From the NCBI GenBank assembly GCA_026025075.1, contig JAPEUI010000058.1, positions 62,001 to 109,339 on the forward strand: a stretch of DNA of 47,339 nucleotides. The letters are read 5' to 3'. Source of the DNA: Vezdaea acicularis. Lineage: Eukaryota. The notes under the pieces are model-generated. The model was not told where the DNA came from. It saw nothing but the letters and a program-made list of their open reading frames with translations, and did no database searches. Positions 1-13,567 of the stretch are shown piece by piece (position 1 is the first letter of the stretch; every line of letters starts with the position of its first letter). Position numbers and translations under genes: made by a program.

Positions 1-343
1 TCCCATCTCCCTGGTCGGACGTTGGATCGTAGTAGGTTGGCTTTGCCTTGTGATCTCTCGAAGAGTACACGCCGTTGGAAGGCGAAAACCCATTCGCTGT
101 CGGTGAGGGTTTTGGTCTGTGGTTGGGGCTCATACTCGAGGGGAGCGGAGCAGGCGTCAGGGGATGGTTGGAGTTGAGAAGGGATCGTGAGGTTGCATGT
201 TCAGTCGGAACGAAGGACGTGCTGTAATGTGGGAGAGTGGGTGATCGCGCGGCGAGAGAAGAATCTGGCTGAGTCGTGTTCGACATTTGTTCTCGCGCTC
301 GTTCGTCTTCGTCCCCCCGTTGTAGCACGGTCTGGTGAAACAT
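1..343 (-). CDS. Probable 5' part of an unidentified gene running off the left edge (S/P-rich N-terminus)
   Basis: Frame open from ATG 343 (or 286) to the edge: MFHQTVLQRGDEDERAREQMSNTTQPDSSLAARSPTLPHYS...; a CAG|GTGAGG donor near 448 and ACATAG acceptor near 389 suggest an upstream intron. No recognisable domain. Confidence 0.4.
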   Translation of the reverse strand, partial: MFHQTVLQRGDEDERAREQMSNTTQPDSSLAARSPTLPHYSTSFVPTEHATSRSLLNSNHPLTPAPLPSSMSPNHRPKPSPTANGFSPSNGVYSSRDHKAKPTYYDPTSDQGDG

Positions 344-2309
344 GCTGCGAACGCCGAATGCACCCTGATCAGGGCAAGCACGAGGAATCTATGTGTCGCT
401 CCATAGGAAAGGACCTGATGTGCCGCGGAATTCGTGATGCGTCCTCACCTGGAGGGCCGCCCGAATTAGGCTGCGTGTCGGGTTGGGCGTACCCGCAAAC
501 CTCGACGAATGTCTCGGCGTCGGCGTCGAAAAAACGACGTTATTGACGGTTGGACGGACGATCGTCGTGTCGACGGCCGACGGCGGAGGGTATTTTTTTT
601 TTCGGTCGGAGGGACGATTCGGTGGGAATTACCTCAGGGCGAACGGGCTTTCACGCGAAGTCGTCCGGCTTTTTTTCGTTGTCGTCGTCTACGGTGGTAA
701 CAAGGCTCGTCCAATAATGTGACGGTTAGTGTAGAAGAGCGGCGCGATGGAGGTCACGATGGGGGGTGGGATGGCGATGATGATGGCGACGGGATGGGGG
801 ATGGCGGATGGAAGGGGATGGAGGTTGGACGAGGTGGACGAAAGGGACGTGGTGGTTTGGTGTGGCAGGATCCATCATTCAGGATACCTCGCACGTTGTG
901 CTGAGCATTCATCTCCTGCTATTTCCCCCCGGCGGGCGCTCACGCGAAGCGTGTGTGGTAGTCGTTAGAAAATCGGGTTACTTCTACGAACATCCTACGG
1001 CGGCCGCCGCTCACGCCAAAGACGCACGGAGAGCGGGCGCGCGATGGCATCACGGGGCCGCTGCGTCGGGTCTGGAGAGAGCCATCTGTATTTGCGTGGG
1101 CTTCATCAATTCATTCCCTTCTGCTTCCGACTTCACCAGATCATCCTTTTCGCCTTGCGTTCCCACCCCCCGGACCGGCGACCGCGGTGCTGCTGTTGGT
1201 GTGGCCCCGTCTGAGTCGTTTGCGGGCCAGCGTGAGCGTGGGAACGGGTGCGCGTCAGCCAGGAAAAAGTTCTTTCTTCGCTCGCGCGGCCGCTGCGTGC
1301 TCGTCTGTGAGAGTCTCACGCTCGTCGCTCGTCTCTGCCTCCTCGCCATTCCCAAACAGCCGCTTCTTGTTGGATGCAGTGATAAAGGAGCAGCGCGTCA
1401 ATAATAACCGAATGCCTCATCGCCCCCCCCGTGCCCTCGCACTCTACACCGGGACACGCACATCTCCCGCTCGTCGCTTGAAAGGCGATGCGATATTTAA
1501 TGAATGGCGGTGCGTGATCCAGCCACTCGACAACTTCCCTCTGCCTGCCATGGATGTCGCCGCGAGGATGATGACAGTGGTGACCGTGATGATGCTTCCG
1601 TACAAGGCAAGATCGCGATCCCCAAGACGGAAAGTGCCGTCGCCCAATCCGTCTTAGGTCGAGCCGCCAACGACCCCTGTCAGGGCAGGCGTGACACGGC
1701 TCAGGTCCCGTGACCATGGCCCATTGTAGCTCCCTCTGCTTTCTCCATCATTGTATCACAACTCCAATAAACCTGATGTGTGAGATACACTACTATATCT
1801 CATGCACCAGCTATTTGCCAGCAGTGTTCGGCAGCTGCTGATGGCGCTTCCCTGAGGAACTCGTTTGAGACAGCAAGAGCACCCTCGCCCTGTCGCCTGA
1901 CGATTCATCCATCCCTACGCCCGCCCCTTACCTGACCTTAGCTGCATCCAGGCCCCACCAACTACTCTACACACTTGGCCAGTGAATCGATGAAGACCCT
2001 TCACAACTTTTCTTGCGTACGGCCTAGATTGACGCATTTCGTGGACGGTAACCGATCGCACGAACCACAACTATGACATTACTGAAAAGTACACGGCTGT
2101 TCTCTAATGATCCGGTGAGAACGGTGGGCGAGCAGAGTAAAAACAAAAAGCTTTGCGACGCTGTGATCACACGTGTACCAGCCTGTCTAAATGCTGCAAA
2201 TCTTGTCCCCACATTTCCAAATAACTCCACCCCCATGACCAGTGCGTGTAGAAGTATAACAGCGCATGACAAAGTTATTAAGAAAGAAGATAAACCTCCA
2301 TCGCCGATA

Positions 2310-4585
2310 TTAGACCCCTCCTCCTCCTCCTCCCCCAGGGCCCGGCTTGCCCTGATCTAGAAGCAGCTTGGGCTTAATGTAATCCTCATCCAACTGACGA
2401 AGCCATGCGGCGTGATCGTCCGTATTGCCCGAGAACAACTCTCGAATCGCCCCAGAAGCGGTCATGTGATGATCACTCGCCTCGCCGTTATGAGCCTGAC
2501 CCGAAGTGGGATATCTTGATCCATTTGCCGGGCTATGAGAATGCCCCGGTCTTCGAGGCGACGTCTTTCGCCGAGGGGAGCGGTGGGCGGCAGGCGGCAA
2601 GTCAGATCCATCAGAGAGATCCTCGTCCGTCGGTGATATAATCTCTCCGTCGAGGAGGTTCTTTCTTGCCGGGTCGTCCTGCACTCTCGACCTGGAGTTC
2701 TTTCGCGGAGCCATGGCAGAAGTAGGTCGTCCCGGTGGGCTGGTATTGCCACTAGTATAGCTGCCACCGCTTTGACCATTCTCGCGAATGTCGACAGGTG
2801 AAAGTGGTACGGCGTAGTCGTTGGGCTTCGGCACGTTGCCGTAAGCAGTTCCCGCACGCGAATAATACGTTCTACCCGCCGCAGTCTCGATATCAAACTC
2901 GTCGTCAGAGTCAATCTCTTCCACAACCCCGGTACGGATTCCAAGGATTTCTAGCATCCGTGCCGTAGTCCCCCCAAAGATGATGACTGTGAGCACCACA
3001 ACAACGAGCACTGTAGCTTTCAAAGCGTTCCCATTATCGCCCTGGAGTCCGGCTGCAAGAGCCACTCCGACAGCACCGCGTAGACCAGCCCAGAAGAGCA
3101 TAGCTTGATATGAGTATGGTAATTCGTCGGCCACGTCTTTGCCTCTCCTCTTCGCTCTGTATCTGATGAACCAGTTGACGGCTTTTGAAAGGGGAAAGAC
3201 TGCTGCCCAGCGAGCACAGCAGATTCCAACGGTTGTGACGAGGATGAAGAGTGGTTTGAAGACGAGCTTTGGCGAAGTGAAGAGCGTGAGACCGAGGTAG
3301 ATGAAGATGAAATTCTCGGTCAGTTGAGCCAGGACTTGGAACAGATATTTGGTTGTGAGTTGAGTTCGGCGTGACATGTTGTAGTATGCGTAGTGCTTCA
3401 AGGTGATGCCACAGAAGAGCAACGATACAATGCCTGGATAAGAACAGTTAGTGGCTAGGCGAGGAAGATGAGGGGCCTCCGACCTACCTGACATCTTGCA
3501 CCCGTTTGAGAAGAAGTAGCTCGCATATGCGATAAGTACAACGAGGCAACTCTCGATTTTAGGGTATCGGCGGACGTGTGTATACTTCAGTCCCAGGGCC
3601 GTAGCAATACCAACGACGACTCCAATAAGCAAGCTACCGAAGAACACCAACAAGAATATCCCAATACCCTCAAACAGGTTGAATATTGTCAGACTTCCTC
3701 CTCCGTCCGGGCCGTCGGCGTATTTTTGGGCGGTCTGGAACAGTACGATGGCAATAGCATCATTCAGAATCGATTCTCCAAAGATGATGGTGTACAGCTT
3801 TGGATCTACCTTGTATGAATTGAAAATCGCAAGGATTGTGACAGGATCGGTGGCAGACAGAGTTGCACCAACAGAGATTGCTTCGACGAATGACACGTCC
3901 ATGCCCTCAAGTGGGATTCGTGTGTAAAGGAATATAAACAGACCAAGTACAATGGCGGATATGAACGTCCCGGCAAATGCGAAGGTGAGGATAGTTCCAA
4001 TATTCCGGAAGAAGTTTGCCTGATGTAGTTCATACCCAGAGGCTAAAATGATGGGGGGAAGAAGGAGATTGAAGAAGATTTTGTAGTCGAAGCTGACCGC
4101 ATCCTCGATTAGATGGCCGGGAGTTATCCTGACTATAAGACCTACAACCATACCTGGAAGAGCGTCAGCGGTATACGCAGTGGAATGCTAGGAACGCTCA
4201 GGGCTTAGGCATACCAGCAAAGATCGATACGACCGTTTCGTGGACAGCTTGGATTTTCTTTTGCTGCAGCATGTAGCTCGTGAACAGGGCTACAATGAGC
4301 AGCATTATGAGAATGAGGAGTGCCCATGACGTAAACCGTTCTGCTTGTTCGGTATCGGGTTCTATGTGACATTGTTAGTTGCGATCCCGAATATACCAAG
4401 GCGCTCCGGTCGCGGACGCCTTACCTTCATCACCTGCATCTTCGGTCTCCCGCTCTATAGAAGTCAAGCAGTCAGTTTGGGTCACTATTGCCCGTACATA
4501 GGCTTATGTAGTTTCCGGCAGTCTGGAGGTCGGGTTGTCTCTTACTGAGAAGAACGAAGATGGCATCTCGCACCATTGAGGCCAT
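2310..4585 (-). CDS. NHX1: Endosomal/prevacuolar Na+(K+)/H+ exchanger (CPA1 family), multi-exon
   Basis: FFNLLLPPII, ATDPVTILAIF, FGESILNDA and WAGLRGAV motifs. Upstream small exons (MASMVRDAIFVLL, ...SWALLILIMLLI) are joined by GT-AG introns. Confidence 0.95.
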
Positions 4586-4897
4586 ACTTGGCCTGATTTA
4601 CGATATCATAGACAGGAGAGTTAATATTCGATTCAAACCGCAAGAACACCCAGTGCGCCGAGTATGGCCAGGTTGCGTAATGCTTTAAATGGAGAAGCGC
4701 AGAGGATTGAAGCTTAACTTAGTGCTCCTCGAACAAGTGGTCAGTTCACAATGACTTTCCGGGGCTGCACGGACGGCGGCAGATGCCGCTCTCTTTTCAT
4801 GGTCCCTGAACGCGACCCACGCCCCCACTCTTTTACCTTAGAGTTCGCACACAGGTAGCCTCGAGAATCAGCAATCAATGACGTTGAAATAATCACA

Positions 4898-5942
4898 ATG
4901 CATCTTGCTTGCTTACAATATAATCCATCCCTGGGCGAGGTGGCAGAAAACATAGACCGAGCCAATGCTCTGCTTAAGGATGCTCCGACAAATTTAGACC
5001 TTCTTTTATTACCGGAAATGGCCTTTACCGGTGCGTGAAGGCCCTGCTCCTAAATTTTGGCGTTTTCGTTATATTTCTTAATGAGGTCTTTCACGGGCTC
5101 AGGTTATAATTTCCAATCCCGGAGCCATATACGCCCTTATCTCGAGCCTACTGCAAGTGGAGTGACTACGACATGGGCTCAGGAGACTGCCAAAGCTCTT
5201 GATTGCTTTGTTGTGGCTGGCTATCCTGAGCGTCTAGTCCCTGCCGTGGAACAAAATGCCTCTGATACCCAAGGTTCTTCTACACCATGGGCACCTTCGC
5301 CATGTTACAACTCTGCAGTTTTAGTTTCGCCTTCAGGGGAAGTTCTGGCAAACTACCGTAAGCATTTTCTTTACTACACCGACGAGACTTGGGCCGAAGA
5401 AGGTCCGGAAGGCTTCTTCACTGGTAATTTAGCTGGTCTGGGGAAGGTTGCCATGGGTATTTGTGGGTTCCTCTCCGGCAGAGGAAAGGTGTAATGTCGC
5501 TGAAGTGGACGGAATAGGCATGGATATCAACCCTCATAAATTCACAGCTCCGTGGACACTGCTAGAGTTCGCCAACCATGTGCTATCTTCAACAGCCTCA
5601 TTAGTGCTCCTATCTATGAACTGGACGACGCACGCTGATCCTGACGTATTCTTCCATGACAGGGAGAAACCAGATTTGGACTCCTGGAAGTACTGGATCA
5701 CAAGGCTAGAACCAGCCATACGGGCTGATCGTAGCGAAGAACTCATAATAATAATAGCTAATCGATGGGGTCAAGAAGGCTCGATACTCTATGCGGGAAC
5801 GAGTACCATCATAGGAGTCAAGAATGGATATATTAACATCTATGGAATGCTCGAAAGAGCCTCCGACAAGCTTATGATTGTGGACTCGGAAAAACCGCCA
5901 ATGATGACAGCTAGGCTGCTGCCCAAAGACTATTTACAATAG
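4898..5942 (+). CDS. NTA1: Protein N-terminal Asn/Gln amidase (nitrilase/CN-hydrolase fold)
   Basis: MHLACLQYNP...LLLLPEMAFTG|YNF, YRKHFLYYTDETWAEEG and GIC|MDINP give the Glu-Lys-Cys triad; two introns. Confidence 0.9.
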
Positions 5943-6136
5943 AGGAAACCCGCCAATGACACCTTGCAGACCTGTTATATCGATATATCTTACGAGAGTT
6001 CATGATGATGCACTGGTATATTGCTCTTAGTTCCTGACCTCGAGGAATACCCTTTACCACAAACGCCTTGCTGAAACGAAAAGATAAATGAACGCTGCTT
6101 TTTCGCAAAAAATCACAAGAAATTGACGAGGCCACG

Positions 6137-7442
6137 TCAGATGACGTTGGTTTTGCCTTTCGTTTCGAAATCCTGAGACGCCATTGGCGATGGATATGCG
6201 GGTTGGTTCCAATCGCTATGTGGGTTTTTGTACGCTAAGGGAGTTACGTCTCTCGAATAGGTCTTCATTGGTACAGCAGGCTGAATATGATCTGGGTTGG
6301 AATCATCAAAGAAGTACTGCGCCGGATTATAGGGTGCATGGGGTTGCTGTTCCCACCCTTTCTGAGGAGAATCTTGAAATATCATAGGCGGATCTTTTGA
6401 ATCCGTTGGGGGTTGGAGGTATTGCCCTGAATCCTTCGAGTCGGCGTTTTGGGCACGCATGGCCGATTCCGCTGCTCCTATATCGGCATATCCTCCAGCA
6501 ACAGGCCTGCTGATTGGGAAGTGGCCGCTATACCGTCCGCTATACCGATCGTTGACAGGACCTCCTTTCCGTCTCCGCTGACGCTCGCGGCAACGGGGGA
6601 TGCATATGATGAGGACAGCAATCAAGACTATTCCACCAGCTGCTGCCCCGAGCCCAATGCCCGCTCTTGTTCCAGACGTCAGACCAGGACCAACACCGGA
6701 CTGCGGTGTGGTAATGTTCACAAATGTGATCGGTGTACTAGAAAATACATCTCCGAAGATCTGCAACAGCTGGCCAGGTTTCTGTCGCTGTTGGCAACCC
6801 GCTTTGAGTGCGAGCAAGACTGAAACTCGAAGATTAGCTCTAGCACCACGTCCAGCGTAAAGGAAAGCTCACAATTGGCGATATAAGTCTGATCTGCAAC
6901 TAATCTCAGGCAGCTTGAGCAAACACTGACGCCTGCGGAGAAGGCGCCGCCATTTACATCGCAATATCCGTACGGAGCAATCGCCGTCGACGTATTGGAA
7001 ATATCGAAGGTCGTCGAGCGAAGCAGTGGCGTACAAGACACCTCGCATGGCGTACTTTCAAGATTTGTGTTGTTTGGAAAACCGAGGGTGCACCAATTGA
7101 ATGCATATCGCATGTTATCTACCACAAGTCGGGTCAGCTTCGATGGATCGGACCCTTGCACCGATGTAACGCACATAGAGCCACGCCAAGATCCGTCTGA
7201 CTCGTCGCCGCATCGGACGCGGTACTATTCAGCAAGCAGTCGACGCATTGTTTAAATTTCTGGCCGTTCGGTGTATTGCCATAGCTCGCATCCTGGCAAA
7301 CGATATCGGAGGTGTTCGTGAATGGTGTATTGACGCCAGTGTCTATACACGCCGAGGCGCATGAGCTGGATGGAAGGACGTCGAGAGCATTGATTATGGG
7401 GAAACAGGAGATCGAGAGCAGAGCGATGAGTCGGATTAACAT
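6137..7442 (-). CDS. Type I membrane protein with signal peptide, Cys-rich ectodomain, one TM helix and a low-complexity tail (conserved fungal hypothetical)
   Basis: Signal peptide MLIRLIALLSISCFPIINA; Cys pairs (CASAC, CVDC, CSSC); TM GIGLGAAAGGIVLIAVLIICI followed by a basic stop-transfer. Two GT-AG introns join the three ORFs in frame. Confidence 0.85.
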
Positions 7443-10400
7443 GATGTTGGTGACCCCGTGGGTCGTCTATCGCGGGGACCGTCGCCGTCGCACCCTTAAC
7501 ATCCGAGGAAGCGGGCACCAAGCAATGGTTCCCGTACCCAGAATCCGCACGGCCAGCCGCAGAAGAAGTCCGAGTCAATCAACCAGCGGATATTAAGGTC
7601 GCCTCTTGAGGATTGCGCAAAAGGTTGAGCGAGCGTACATGCAATGCTACCGGCGTGAAGGTAATCACCAGAGCAGAGAGTGCGGCCCCAGATGATAGCG
7701 GGATGCTGGGGATTAAAGACGAAAAGTCCAGGTCATTTTCCCACGGGAGCTATCGCCCAACCGGCACTATCGACCTCCACCTGGGCCGGAGCGCAGAGAA
7801 GGCCGAAGCGAAGGCCGCGAAGGGCGTCATTCCACTGACGATGACTCGCGACCGCCACTGATCTTCCACGGCCTAGTCGAGCCAATCCCGGCGCGTCAAC
7901 GGCCGCCTTCAGCACACGGAAACGGCATCGCGAGAGATCGATATCACATCATTCCGCCCAATGCCAGGGCGCGACAGCTCTCCGCACGGGCCAGGTGTGC
8001 GCCGCGAGCCTGTCAACTCCATTCGCAAGAGGGGCCAAGGCCAACATGGTTCCGCAAGGGTTGACCTGGGGGCCATCCGAACACAACCATCGGACGAGTT
8101 AGACAGGGACCTGCATCGCAAGAATCTGCACGATGGCCCAAGAAGTGTGCGCAAGTTAGTCCTCTTGCTATCGCGCGAGGCGTGGTGTCGCGATAATGGC
8201 CCGTCCAAATGGCGCCTCACGCACCACGGCTATTGGCGATACCTCCATGCGCAACAATCCACAGCGCTTGGACGACTTGATGTCACTGTTTCCCCTGAAT
8301 CTTTTTCGAAAACTGACGAATGAGCGAGATTCCCTCTCCAACACCGCTGAAACTCAATGGGCACGTTTCGACCGTCTGGGGGCACCATCAATAGCCTCCA
8401 TCGGCGTCGTCGGTAGGGCCCACGGAAGATCCCGCTCTCAAGGTCCCACCGCGCAAGACCTCTCAGCGCTTGGAGAGATGCACGAGCCATATCCGTGAAA
8501 AAGCTTCACTCTCTCCCCCTTTAAAATTCTCTCGATCCCGCTCATAGACGGTGGATGACATAATACAGGGTGATTGCGGTGATCGGAAGATATTCGAGGG
8601 CGCTTCGAGGGCCCGCATCAACATTCATCACAGTGTGCATAGAGGCCCCCTACCCCGCATGCACGATCATCAGCGCTGGGACCCCATTTCTCGCAATCCC
8701 AACGGCCATCTCGCCCAGCGTGTCGGTCATGCCATGGTAGCCGCTCGGCGCGCACCGCCCCTTCCCGGCCCCCTTTTCCCGACTTTTCCTGCGGTTGCAG
8801 AGGCATGACCGCCTGCGAAACGACTCCAGTTTCGTTAATCGCTTGGAGAATTCTTTACACGCTTGTCACCGGTCGCCTCGTTGCCTACAACTATTTTAAG
8901 GGTCGGCCACCTTTGCATGTCGTTTTTTTCCTGCAGAATTACTTCCCCACGATTGTGTTATTGGTTCATTTAGACTACAAGCGCCGGAAAGCTGGGGGGC
9001 CGCCACCCTTGTGCGCCGCGAGGTACCCGCTCGCTAGAATGTTACCGCGAGCCTTGCCATGTCTTCAAGGCCACGCCGTGCAATCTCAATTTCAATAACG
9101 CTCTCATTTCTGAAGACGCTGCCGATGAAAGCTCATTCCTACATTCCAGCCTCTCTATCTCTTCTCATGTCAGGAGACAGACCTATGCTCAATGACAGCA
9201 GAGTCACGCTTTAGACTGCGATGTACTGAGAAGACATAGTAGTTCAGCACTTTTCCTATTCTCATTATCACTCATGTAGAGGACCATCCAAGTCAGGCGC
9301 AGAAAGTAGGCCGCCACGTGAGGGTCACATGCCCAGTTCACACCGTCCGAGGCGCAGGAAGTGCTAGTCAGGTGAGAGTCAGGTGAGAGTCCACTTATTC
9401 GTTGCATAATTAGTGCAACAATGTCTCGTGCTCGGGGTATTTGGACCTTGGCAGCAATATGGCAGGTATATACCAGGCGACCGTCACGCCGATATCAATA
9501 TCGAGCATCGAAGCTCATACACCTGGAAAGGCGTGCACCGCGATGACCCAAGTACTCCAGCATCTGCAGAACCACCAATATGCACTCATCCTACACATTC
9601 GCAGACTGTACAGAATACCCATCCCATTCCCCATGGCCGAGCCTCAGCAATTCCCCCCTCCCCTTGTCCGCAGGGAACGTCTCCGGACCAATGCCAAACA
9701 TGACACGAAAACCACAGCGTCAGGTGCTGGTCATGCGCCTTTCCAGAACTTTTCGCGTTGCAGTTCGTCGAGGGCTGCCGCGGGTTTCTCGTTAGTTGGC
9801 CTAGTTGGCCATATCGTGACACACCGCGCTCCGGGCTGTCAGCTGAGACAATCGCGGGTTTCTTGGGGCTGCTTGGTGTGGAGTGTTGTGCCACCTTCCC
9901 ATAAACAGGTTTGGGTAGAGGAGGATGGGCGTACGTGGTATTGGTGTGGCACCTGTTTCTATCCTCGTTTCTCTGGGGGAATAATGGGAATAGAGTGGTC
10001 CGTAAGATATAGGTTCACAATGACGCGACTTGTAAACTTAGGGATGTTTTCGCTTGAGTATCAGAGAGAAGAACACTAGCTTTAAAAACCAAGCTCCAAC
10101 CTAGACAAGGAACCCGAAGTCAGGTGATAGCCACGTGAAAAAGGGGTTTGTGGGAGGAGGTTTTATGTTTTACGTCAGGCTTGATGAGTTAGTAGCACAT
10201 TAAACTCTGTTTCCACAGTAGAACCGGTCTTCATATTCAATTCCAGACCCGAACGGAACAAATCTCCTGCTGAGGGGCCCTGTTGCAAGCTTCGGTTCAT
10301 GAAGTCGAGCGTGAGGTCACCATGAGATGAGAAGAGAGGGTTTTGTGGGGAGAGACTTCCGTCGAACATCTGGAGCCCAAGCAGGATGTCCGAGGAGAGG

Positions 10401-10686
10401 AACCGGTCAAAGGGCTACAGTACGAACCAGACAAGTAGGAACTAGAGAACGAGGAGGGCGATTCAAGAGGGAGTTTACAAGAACAGGCTCGGAACAGCCT
10501 GATCCCGTGCGTCTCGGTAAGGCGGGCATCTTAAGAAAGGTAGGAGAAAAATTAAAGAATTACTCGTAAAGATCTTTTCCTCCCTTCCCTTTCCTTCCTT
10601 TCCTATCCACGGTTCACCAGAGGAAAAGGGGGGGATAAGGCCAGTACAGCGACGATCATCCATCGTGGAGGATGGGCTTTCCCGTA

Positions 10687-11823
10687 TCATTTTTGCCTCA
10701 AAAGAACCCTCCGCCCCAACTCGCCAGCCAGCCAGCCAAGCCGGCCAAAAAATCTAAGCATCTGCCCGGTCACCTGCGCCTGCCCCTTCAGCTTTCGTCT
10801 TCCAGCTCTCGGCCTCGGCTTTCCAGTGCTCGGCTTCCTTGTAAGCACGTTCGCACTCGCCTTTATATTTGTCGGAGGTGGCGCTGAGCTCGGCGATGGC
10901 TTGTTCGGTGAGGAGTTTCTCCAGCGTCCACTTCTCGATGTTCTGGGCTTCGTTCTCCTTGAGCTGGGTGATGAAGGCGACGGCGCGTTGCAGGATGGAG
11001 CCCTTGTTTCGCTCGCAGCCGGGCACGATTTTCGCGAGTTCGTTGATGCCTTCGTTGATTGTTTCGCGGCGGCGTCGTTCAACTGGGAGAAAGCTGTCAG
11101 GGATGTTTCTGGTCATGTGACAAGGAGAAGAGGGGAGGGGAAACATGGATACATACCTTCTTTATGGTTGTCCCGCCTTACGCGGTGCCATTCGTCCGTC
11201 CCGACAGCTGGTTTCGACGCACTGCTCGGCTCGCGGCCACTCGCAGCATTCTCACGCGTGAGCGCAGCTTCGAGATCGAACCCTTGGTGCCCTTGATCAT
11301 GTTGACCGCCGTGTTCGCCCATATTGAAGGAAGGGTCTAGGTTACGACCTTCTCCCTCTTGAGATGTGGAGCTCGCAAACGACAATTCGGTGGGTTGTGG
11401 AACCGTCATGTTTGGAAAGATACCAGCTAACGCGGCGGCGGCGGTCTGAGAAGCTTCATTAGGGTTGTGAGTGCCATTCTGATGTGAGGATGGGTCGCCA
11501 CTATTATGCGGTAGGCCGTCGAAGTCGAGCGAGGTGGTGGACGATTGTGCCATATTATCTTCACCGGTCCCGCCAGAAGAGTGATTTTGCGTGGACAGGA
11601 AAGAGCTCTCGTTCAGGTCACTGCTGGGAGCCTCCGGCGCGGCGCCGCGTTTACTGTAGCTCGACCGCTTCGCACTGCTGGCTGGACCGTCCTGGTCGGC
11701 AGGGTCGCGTTTGCGTTTCGAGGCCGACATATTGGAGCGAGTCGAGCGAGTCGAGTCGACGTGAGCGTCTGGCGCTCGCTTCTCGGTTGCAGTGCTGTCG
11801 TGGGTGGTTTGCACTTCGGACAT
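10687..11823 (-). CDS. CBF1: bHLH-leucine zipper transcription factor, centromere-binding factor 1 type
   Basis: KPAVGTDEWHRVRRDNHKE|VERRRRETINEGINELAKIVPGCERNKGSILQRAV...NIEKWTLEKLLTEQAIAEL; one intron at about 11086-11156. Start could instead be MSASKRKR near 11730. Confidence 0.93.
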
Positions 11824-13567
11824 GCCTTTGCGAATCTTTTCCCGGTGGACAATGGGATGTAGCGACGAGGAAGCCGATGGCGATATCGTGATTTTTTCTC
11901 TCTCAAGGTCTGGCCCAGCTTACGCCGGCGACTGGTGGTGGTCGAATACGCGTGAGTTTTATTGGACGCGGGATCCGCCTGACCAATACGAAGCTGCGAT
12001 GCGACCGAGTGCTGCGATGCGAGCGAGCAGCGCTGGGGCGTGATCTCTGCGAAGGGGGGGGGTGGGCTGAGAGAGGGTGAGCACGGAGACCCGCCGGGTC
12101 GAATGGGAGGACGGAGTGCTGTTGCGATGTTGAGGATCGATAAGGGCGCGCCCTCAGAAGAGGGGCGGTTTGGTGGTTTTGATATCGTCCTCCAGCGGCG
12201 GAGGGGTGGTTGCAGATGAGCGATCAGATGACTTGAGGCTGGAAGTCTCGTGATGAGGTCGCCGTCGTCAGCTGTTCTGCTGGGGCGTGAAAGGAGAGAG
12301 CGATCACGAGAATGATCACGAGAGAAAAGTGGGCGAGCGGAAAAGTGGGGAGGCCGGGGCAGCCGGGGCGGTCGGTGCGCGAACGCCAAGGCCACCGCCA
12401 CGCTAACCGCATTGGGGCACCGTCCCCTTTCGTGGTGTGCAACCACGAGCACACACAAACGTCTTGGAACCCACAGGACAAAGGCATGTCGGTCCGACCT
12501 TCCTCATCAACGAGGGACTTTGCTGCCCCTCTACCACTGTTACTTATCTGATGCTGTATACTCCTCTTTTTGATCGTGTCTCAGCGAAGGATATCGGGAT
12601 CTCTCGGTCGCTCAGGATTTTAAGTGTCTTCTCACGTGGTTTTATTCCAAGGAAGAGAATAATATCATGATTGAGCCTTCAGTGGCTAACATCGCCACCA
12701 TGTAGGGGATGATGTTTGATGCCGTTCTGGCCATTCTCAAATTCCGTGGCCTCGCAGTCACACCATGCACGAATTTTGCATTGTCACCCTGTTCCTTATT
12801 GTATCTGTTCTCATTTCGAATTCTTAGCTTTGTCCATCGTGTGGTTTTTTGGCAAGCCAAGAGTTTTTACGGGTAATCTATTATCCGAAGGAAGTCCACG
12901 TGACATAAAGTCCGTAACAACAGGAGGGAAACTCACGATGCTCTTCGTCATTCAAACCAGAGTCATGCATGGAAATCGATGGAGAGATATATGGCAAATG
13001 AAAAAGGGGGGATGATGTGAACAGGGCAAGAATTGATGATCACATGCAGCCGCAGCATCACGATATGCGATATCGGCGGCTTCGTGCTTCGACTCAATCC
13101 AGCTGTTTATGTTTCTAATCGCGCAAAGAAGCGCAAATGGGGACGGCATCGTCGCACCAGCACTCCATGGAGGGCTTGCTTGAGGTCGGAAGCAAGGTCG
13201 GAAGCATAGTTTCATTCAAAGACACTACCACCACCTTGACGAAAAATGTCTGAAACACTGATACCTACATGTCACCAAAGTTGGTGATCATATATCAAGA
13301 CCTCAGGGTCCGCGAATCAGAAGCCGCTTGTGCCTTTATCTTGCATCGCTTCGAGACGACTACTTGTGTGCGAGTGCTTCTAGCTAAGAGACAAGGAGCC
13401 GGCCGGACAAGATGAAAAATGGGCGGTTGCCACTCCCGAATAAGCATTGGTCCGTTCACGCTCTAATCTCAACAATCTTATAAGCAAAGACATTTCGAAG
13501 TTTAGCGTGACGTAAATGCCTCAGACTAAGATGTTACAAATACTGTGAAGCTCTCCAAGGTTCTTCT

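Noticed and set aside
560..2050. Overlapping ORFs and GATGG-rich tract
   Set aside because: Low-complexity GC-rich upstream DNA; ORFs in several frames without protein-like features.
7500..9300. Many short ORFs or a possible transposon in the long intergenic region
   Set aside because: No transposase/RT motifs, terminal repeats or AT-rich RIP signature were seen.
9441..10079. 212-aa ORF as a gene
   Set aside because: No recognisable domain, and the listed start is not ATG. An orphan gene starting near 9632 cannot be excluded but is unsupported.
11613..12458. 281-aa ORF upstream of CBF1
   Set aside because: Arg/Pro/Ser-rich reading of a GC-rich promoter/5' UTR with no domain.
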